Shown here in pieces: positions 56,123 to 64,000 of a stretch of DNA of 64,000 nt (position 1 is its first letter; each line of letters starts with the position of its first letter). The DNA is taken from positions 124,001-188,000 of the forward strand of contig RSEE01000012.1 of the NCBI GenBank assembly GCA_003971905.1, given 5' to 3'. The stretch comes from Moniliella sp. 'wahieum'. Taxonomy: Eukaryota. Position numbers and translations under genes: made by a program. Under the pieces are notes generated by a model. It was not told the origin of the DNA and ran no database searches. It saw nothing but the letters and a program-made list of their open reading frames with translations.

Positions 56123-56295
56123 AGAAGGGCGTTGGAAACGGCGATGGCAACGGAGATGGTGGTGGTCCATCTGCCCGCGCCGCACCCAGCAGACCGCATC
56201 ACCCATCCGCCGCATCACGGCTGCCTGCCTCCGCCCCAACTCGCGCACGGGGCCAGTGTCGCTCGGCTGGCGCCCCACACACTGGCCGTGTGCCA

Positions 56296-56372
56296 TGCTG
56301 ATGTCATCGGCCGGAAACTGCTGACGTCATCCGGCCGAGCACGCGCCCGCCCCCCGCGCGACGTCACGTGAC
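56296..56372. promoter_or_regulatory. Cluster of two CRE/MARE-like sites and a GTCACGTGAC E-box upstream of the SNF1-like gene
   Basis: TGCTGATGTCATCGG (56296), TGCTGACGTCATCCGG (56319), GTCACGTGAC (56363). Similar sites occur at 2072-2096 and 8394-8435. Confidence 0.55.
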
Positions 56373-56550
56373 GCAGTCAGATCCCCACCCCACTGCGGCC
56401 ACTCTACCGACCGCAGGCCAAGACGTCTTCCAGGCTGTCGGACACGCATCCCACGCCACTACGAGTAGCACGCACCATGGCCATGCACCATACATCCATC
56501 CCCATTCTCATCCTCATCGCCATTCCCCCGAGCAAAGGCTAGAGAGCCGG

Positions 56551-58696
56551 CTACGCCTTGGAGCGGAACCAGCCCTTCTTCTTCTTGGGTTCCTCGCTGG
56601 CCGCCTTGGGCGGTGGTTGGAGCGGGGACGAATTTTCAAACTGGCCCTCGGCGCGGGAGGAGCGGCTGGCCAAACGGGCTCACCGGGCGCGGCATTGCGG
56701 CCGCCAAGCTGGCTCCCGCGCCGGCCAGGGGCAAATCTTCCTGGGACGCCGTGGGAGGCGGTAAGAGTGCGGCGGAGCCTTGGTATCCGTCTGGGGGTAG
56801 CTGTAGGGCATGTTGCTGCTTGGGTGCCATGTACTGTCGAGGGCGATACGACGCCGGGCAAGCCTTGTCCTGCCCGGCCCAGGCGCTGCAGCGGCAAGGT
56901 GGGGCGGGAGGGTGGTGGAGGTAGCTGCGCGTGGTTCATGCTGGCCAAGCGGGTGGAAGCGCGTTTGTCGCCATCTCGCGCGGACTGGTACCATGCTTTG
57001 GCTTCTTGTCGGCTGCGTTGGTTCCGATGCCCATCTCGCTAAAGTAGCCAACGCATACTCGGCCTTGCCAAGACCTTGTTCAGCTGCCTTTTTAGCCCAA
57101 AGGTAGGCTTCGGTATCGCTTTGGGGCAGGAGGCTGGTGCGCCGACCAAGTACCACGCACAAGCAAAGCAAGGCTTCCTTGTGATTCTGCTGGGCAGCAA
57201 TGTTGTACATGTGAAGCGACAAGCCCGGGTTGTGCGGCACCCATTCCATACTCGTAATTGACGCCCATCTTGTATGCGCTCGGGCATATCCCAATCCAGC
57301 CGCTTGCACCAACAGTTCCACCGCATACTCCCAATCTTGGGAACACGACATTCTCGATCCCGCGTTCATGGAGCAGAGCGAGCTCATGCAACGCATGGGG
57401 GAATTCGGCCGTCGCCATATCGGCCGACAACTTGATCCACTTGACGCCTTCCTTGACATCTTCTTGAGCCCCAGCTCGCCATTCAACTCGGCCATGGCCA
57501 AGCGGAACATCGCGCCCGGATGGCCCTGCGCAGCGGCCTTTTTAAAACTGCGCTTTGGAGCATCTTTGCTGCAGCCCCAGCCACGTTCGGTGCAGGTACC
57601 GGCGCGGTACGCAGCGTCCGCATGGGAATGCTTGGCAGCCAAGACAAAGAGAGGGTAAGCCTTATCAAACTGAGGCTTGTTCGACGCCGACGACCGAGGC
57701 ATTGGCATAACAATCCGCCAAAAAGTACTACTGCGCATCAGCATGGCCCCGATCGGCAATTCGACGCAACAGCACCATGGCTTCTTGCACCAGTTCCCCC
57801 CGCTCCGCCCCGCCGGGCCACGGAGGACTCGACCATAAAGACGGCCAGCTCGTAGACCAAATCGGGGTCCTGGACCTTTTTGGCGTTTTTGCGGTACAGC
57901 TCCAAGGTCTGGTCGTGGCTGAGGTGCGCGGCGCACCTTGGTCGATCGGGCGAAAACTGGGCCCAGAAGGGTCATGAGGTGGCTGGACGAGACCATGTCG
58001 GCCGCAGGAGGATAGCCGGTTCCCAAAGGCGTGTGGACTTGTGGAGTGGTTGGCCTACTGGTGTCGATGGAGAGCATGCCCATTGGTGACACCTCAGCAC
58101 GGGTCGCGTCTTCCTGCCCCGGACCGGGGGGCGGGACGAAGGGAGTGAGACACGGCGGGATGCGCAGGCGCTTGGCTGCCTTCGGCGCCCCAAGAAGGCG
58201 GTGAGAGGGGTGGGGCGCCCGAGCCTGGCCCTGGCTGGTGGGTACGGCGTACTGGTGGTGCGGCCGAGGAAGGGTAAGCGTCGAGGGAGTCGAGGGCAGG
58301 CGGGAAGGGGCGGGGGCGTTAGAAGCTGTCCGGACGCGGTAGGGCTGTGAAAGGTGCGGGGCGGGCGAGGCGGCAGTCATGTACGGTGCCATTGGGGTGG
58401 AGGGCGAGGTGGGCGAGGTGGGTGCGAGAGCGACGCGGGCATAGCAGTGGGGAAGTGGGGGAGGTGGGGGTGAGGTCGTCGCCATACGGGTTGTGGAGGG
58501 CAGGCGAAGTGGGGGTGAGGTCGTCGCCATACGGGTTGTGGAGGGCAGGCGAAGTGGGGGTGACGGCATCGCCATACGGGTTGTGGAGGGCAGGCGAAGT
58601 GGGGGTGACGGCATCGCCATAGGGGTTTGTGGAGGACAGGCGAGAGGGCGGCGTGGGCAGGCTCGGGGGAGGCGGGGACGGGGCGTAGGTGGCCAT
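56551..58696 (-). CDS. Chitin synthase activator Chs4/Skt5-like, Sel1-like repeat protein
   Basis: AYPLFVLAAKHSHADAAYRAGTCTERGWGC, KAAAQGHPGAMFRL, PHALHELALLHERG, AWYLVG, EAYLWAKKAAEQGLGKAEYA; ends KKKKGWFRSKA*. Confidence 0.88.
58464..58643 (-). repeat. 45-bp coding tandem repeat x4 encoding NPYGD(A/D)(V/L)TPTSPALH
   Basis: Units begin at 58464, 58509, 58554 and 58599 on the + strand and are near-identical. Confidence 0.97.
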
Positions 58697-59911
58697 GGGC
58701 GGCAGTGGGCAAGGAGGAGGAGAGGAGAAGTGGGAGAGGATTGCTTGGTCAGAAACCCCCCTGGAGGCTGTGGAGTGGCTTAAGTCAGCAGGCGCTGGGA
58801 TCCCGACGCGTGGCACTCCATCACATGTCACACGCCAGCTAGTGACTATGACGGGTGACCGCCTGCGCACAGCACTGCTCGCGTATAAACCGTTGGCGCT
58901 GCCCTTGTTCAAGCGGGAGGTGTAGTGCAATCTCTGCGCCTCTCTGCAGCCAACGACTGGGAGTCTGACTACTAAGGGGGAGAAGGCTCCTGCACCCTGC
59001 CTGGGCATTGGCCCCGCCTCCAATGTGAAGGAAGAGAGGCTCACGTTAGCTCCCGTGTAATGCATGAGATGGAAACGAAGAAGAAGAGGCAGTGCAGTAA
59101 GATCAGCATCTCATGAGAAAAAGGGCCATCAGTACTCAGTGCATCACTGTGAATGTGTGAACGTGGGAACGTGAACTGTAAATGGGAAGAGAGCACGACC
59201 ATCAGAAGCTGCGAACAAGCAAGCACTGAGCAGGACAGAACAAAAAACAACGTCTCATCGAGGCATCGATCTTCACTAGCTTCAAGCTTCAATCCTCAAA
59301 ATCCTCAATCATCACATGTCACACATCAATCATCAATCAATCATCAGGTGCACAGGGGCACGAATCAGATCGTAAAGCAGCAGGAGAAAAGGAGACAGAA
59401 GCAAGGCCAGAGCCATGATGCATGAAAGCAGGACTGAGTGGGGAGAAGGTTCTTGGAGAAAAACGGGGGAGTAAAAAACGAAGAAACAAGGTAGGGAGGA
59501 GGCGGGGATGGACATTGAATCATCCAGGTCGTCTCTTCTTCCACGCCATCTTGCACAGGTCATTGGATCGATTCGTCAAACGTCAAAAGTGGATATCGCA
59601 ACAGAAACGGAAAAGAGAGGGGGGGGGAGGATCAAGCTTCAAGCTTCAAGATCCTCTCGATCGGGTGTGGGGAGAATGGTAAGGGGGAACGTGAAAACTG
59701 AGCAGAATTGGATATGTGGATAGAGGGGTCCACACGTGTGGATGCACGACCATAGCCAAGTACGGGTGCGAGTGTGAGTGTGTGTGAGCGTGTGTGGAGG
59801 AACGGCGCATTTCGTCCGGGTGAGCATTAGGACTCGATGCGTCGCATCTCATCTCATCGCATCATCGCACCCGGTTGCATCGGGGTTGGTTGGGGGAGTG
59901 GTACGGGATTT

Positions 59912-62900
59912 TTACCGGTTGGAGAAATGCATACTTGGTACAGATCATGGTCCCGAAAAAGTTGAACGCGATGAACGCTAGGAAAGAAGCCCATATCCCG
60001 TGCGCTAATAGCGTCAAACCACACACCAAAACCAAAACCCAACCAAAACCAAACCAAAACAGAGAGGGTCCAATGCATGTGGGTTAGTTACCAGTTTCCA
60101 CCTGCATATACGATCGAGCACCACACGGGGGGGAAAGAGACGAGAGACATGCAAAGCCCCTCCCTCGCAAACAAAAGAAGAAAAGAAAACGACAAGAAAA
60201 CGTACCGTTCATCAAAGTACATGCCAAACCCTTTGGCCATCTCCATACCATTCTTGTACTCGCAAAAGAGACACTCTTGTGGGGTCGACCGCGGATCGAG
60301 GTAGCCGCCGGACAGCAATGTACGGACCGAGGTACTGTTCGCACGTTTGGTTGGCAGGCGGCACGATGGGGTAGAGTTCCGTCGGCCACAGTCGACCTGA
60401 AGGCCGTCGAACTCGTTGACTACCAGCTTGAGATCAAGAAGCCTATGGAAACGTTTGGAGCGAGGTGAGTTAGTCCGGCCTTGGGCTAACAGGAGAGGGG
60501 GGAAGAGATATCAAGGAGGGGGGGAGGAGACGTACGGAGAGGTTGATGTTGTAGAAGAAGTTGGAGAAGAGAACGTTGCCCATGTTCTGTGGCGGCATCA
60601 CCACCCCGCCGTGAGGGACAAGATCATCATGACAAATGGGATAAACAGTGACGAGACGTAGACCGACTTGCAGAACGAGGCAATCAAGGAGCCAAGTGTG
60701 ATTCCAAACAGTTCGGTAAAGAAAACCATGATAAAGAAGAATCCATCTTGGTCGCATTGATCTGGAAGCCGACCATGTAGTACTCGACCAAAAAGAACAC
60801 AGTCGCATTCACCAACGCATACGGCAGCTCCGACCACCAGTCTTCGCGCCGCAAACACCGTCCCGCTAAACGTCTTGCTCGTCTCTTCCCGCATCCAGAC
60901 CGAACGGCCTGGATCCAAAAGGGCATGATTTGCTGTGGGAGGAGGGCAAAAAAAAGATAAGGTCAGTTGGAATCGCCCACACGACATAGCAAGATCATGA
61001 TCAAACAGAGAGGGGGGAGGGGACATACCGCCAGAATAACCGCCATGATGACAATGACCAAGAAGAGGGCAAAGATCCGGTACTGCAGTGTGGCGAGCCG
61101 ATTGTCAAGTTCACCATCAGGAGACCAATAAGCGGGCCGCACTAAAGTGCTGAATCACCGAGTATACTGTTGTGCACATGAAAAGACCCCTCGTCCACCC
61201 CATCAGTCAGTAAATTTGCCCACCAAAGCCAGCCAAAGAAAAAACCACCAAAATCAGGGCAAGAAAGGAATGGAAAAGAAAAGAACGGAAACAAAAAAAA
61301 CGACCTGATAACTGGGCATTCGCCAGGTCGACCGCATCGTCGAATAAACACAATGTGAACTGGTACATCATGGCGTGGCGTACTCCAGCACTTTATTAGT
61401 TTCGGGCAGAGGGTGGGCGTGGCCTCGGCATTAATCTGGCGTCTGGGCCAAATTTTCTTGGTAAAGTCCGATTCGAGGTACCAATCTGCCAATCCTTGGG
61501 TCCTTGCGCGGGGCAATGCCAGCACCAATGATTTCCAACATGTACTCGGCCGGGTTGGCGTTGGGAGGCATGGTGACCCCGCGTTGGGCAAAGTAATCGA
61601 CAAGGTGTTGAGCATCGCGCCAATCGGGCCAAAGTAACACACTTTGCCCCTGCTTCCCCAGCAACAGCAACCGATCAAACATCTCAAACAACAAGGCCGA
61701 GGCTGGTGAATCGTGCACAGCACCGTTTGGCCCTCGTCGGCCAACTTGCGCAACAAGCGACAAATCGTCAAGGCCGTCTGTCCATCTAGACCCGACGTGG
61801 GTTCATCCAAAACAGCAACATGGACGGTTTCGCCGCCAACTCAACCCCGATCGTCACGCGCTTACGATCGCCCATGCCCAGTCAACCCGGAACACCCACA
61901 ATCGCATCGGCCAAGTTGCCAATCTCCAACAGTTCCAAAATGGTCTCCACAAACGCATCCTTTTCTTCCTTGGGCGTCTCGTACGGTTGGCGCAGGTAGG
62001 CAGAGAACCGGAGGGCTTCACGAACGCTGCACATGGCTTCGTGAATGTCCTGTTGCTCGGCGTAGCCGCATTGCCGCTGGAAAGAAAGGTCCAGAGGATG
62101 ACCACTAACCAACCGGTCTCCCTCAATCACTCCAATCGTCTTCCGGTCGGCCAGCACATCCAGCAACGTCGTCTTACCTGCCCCACTGGCGCCCATGACT
62201 GCGGTGCGCCCGATCAGAGCAAAGGAGAGAAGAGAAGAAGAAGAGGGAATTGTTTGGTAGTTAGTTCGATCTGACCAACCAACAACCCAAACACCCTCCC
62301 TATCAAAGGGGGATCTAGGGGAAGAGACGAACAGGAGCAATACGTACGCGCAGTGACGGTGCCCGGCAGACGTATCCATCCACGTTATTGGCAAGCGACG
62401 GTGGCCACCTGGGACGGGCACGGTGTATTGAGGTTGGACCAAGTGTAAGGTTGGCCGACGACTTTGAATTCGTTATCTCGACGACTCGCCTCTCAGGGCT
62501 TGCTCGACGTTCCTCCAACCGAGCATTCAATTCCTTTTCCTCCTTCGAAGGTGGCTTGGCCACAATCAACGCACTGGCAAACGAGCCTTGGTCTTGCATC
62601 TCGATCGCGATGCACGTCATGGCCATAAGCCCACCAACTACAAATAGGATCCCCACGTCGCGCCAGAGGTGGCCGCGCGAAACCCAAATGCGACGTCGAG
62701 TACTTTTGGCCTTGGACCGTCGTCTCGCCTTGCGTTGCGCCAGGCAGCGTGCATACCTGGTTCGGGCCCAGACCATGAGTATTCCGGCCCCGAGGAAACG
62801 ATTTGGCCGCCATCGCAAGAGAAGGTCAAGTACGTCAATTCGTTAATCAGCAGCGACTCAAAACTATAGTATATACCGCTGCAAGAATTTGAAGAAGAGA

Positions 62901-64000
62901 AGAGAAGAAGACAAGAGGAGAAAAAAAAGAAAAAGAAAGAGTACCAGGGGGGCTGTCAGTACGTATGCACAAAAGGGGGACGGGACGCAACCCAACCGCG
63001 CAAATGAGGAGAAAACGCACGATCAGGTAGGTGTGAGCCACTTGACGTAGCCGTGCTGCAACTTGAGTGGCTGCACGTATCCGCCCATTGGACCATGATG
63101 AAATCAAGACGGCGGCGAGACGTGCTGCGCCGTAAAGTCGCGGCACATGACACCAACATGGTAAACAGCGTCTTGAACAAAGTAACTGACACGATGATGA
63201 GCCCAGCCGTGAAGAACGCCCGCATTAGACCTAGAACAGGGAATCACCCCACAATACAGAAAAAAAGGAAAAGAGTTAGCGGAAAACCATGGACACACCC
63301 CACACCCAAAAACCACAACAGAATTGCTGGGCAAACCAACCAAAAGCTGTGTTGGGGTGGAGGAGAAGGAGGGGATGAAAAAAACGTACGCAATCCCGCC
63401 ATGAAGTAGAGAATGATCATGAAAATGGTGACGCGCGGAACGGCGATGGGTACATCGGCCAGAATTTGAGACATGGTGCTGCGGCTGGACGGTACATAGT
63501 AAAGGTTAACTGTCGTGCGAGCACGGGCCGGACTGCATTTGAGACGAGAGTTGAGCAAAGGTAGAAAGACTTTGGGTAAGCAACAGAATAAAGATCACGC
63601 GCCGCCTCGGGTAAGAGACCGTTGCTGGTCTGTGGCAACTTGAAGAACAGACCGCCCGTCAAGAGCGCCAATGTGATGGCCGTTGTGTTCCATGAAAATA
63701 TCAAAGGGTCGCCAAGCAAATCTTCATTTCTCGCTGGAACAAGACGTAGACTTGTGTCCAAACGGTACGTTGTACAGACTCTTCCCGCCGGCGTACTTTT
63801 GTTTGCCCTCGCGCACCGATTCGCGGAACTGGACTTGGTTATGGGTATCGTCGCTCACCGATTCGTTGTACCCGTCCCGTTCGGCCACCGTGTTGAGGTA
63901 GGCCTTGCTGTTGCGGTACGCATCCCAGTTCTTCCGGGGTAGAGGGAACATCCTTTTCAGTTTTGCCTTCTTGGTACTCGCGCGTCTTGGGGTCAAAGCA
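59912..64000 (-). CDS. PDR/ABCG full-size ABC transporter (Snq2/Pdr-like), 3' part; multi-intron, truncated by window end
   Basis: [95 protein letters not shown]. Confidence 0.95.

Noticed and set aside
58464..58643. Tandem repeat as a CRISPR array or RiPP precursor core repeats
   Set aside because: No unique spacers, eukaryotic context, no signal peptide or KR/Kex2 sites, and it is contiguous with the Sel1-protein N-terminus.

Overview
Eukaryotic, GC-rich fungal DNA, most likely a basidiomycete with compact, intron-poor genes and GT(A/G)CGT...CTRAC...YAG introns. Almost every gene is broken by frameshifts that look like uncorrected long-read indel errors, so CDS limits are approximate and were rebuilt from conserved motifs across frames. 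Gene order: PGM-family phosphohexomutase (3' part), Pth4/ICT1-like GGQ factor, Kin1/MARK kinase, prolyl oligopeptidase, ABCC transporter, PACT-domain spindle-pole protein, U2A', UNC-93-like MFS, Tfc4, Mdm12, then a ~10 kb gene-free lower-GC island, then Elf1, Dbp2, Rad2/XPG, Elp4, SNF1-like kinase, Chs4/Skt5-like Sel1 protein and a PDR/ABCG transporter (3' part). The most unusual signals are: (i) a decayed RecQ-type helicase relic with an upstream CxxC in the island, possibly a mobile element; (ii) a recurring CRE/MARE-like plus CACGTG promoter module; (iii) a 4x45-bp coding repeat and a non-CaaX tail in the Chs4-like gene; (iv) a divergent SNF1 activation segment; (v) a Dbp2 without its usual motif V intron; (vi) a head-to-head POP/ABCC pair. 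I cannot demonstrate an intact new system from this sequence alone.
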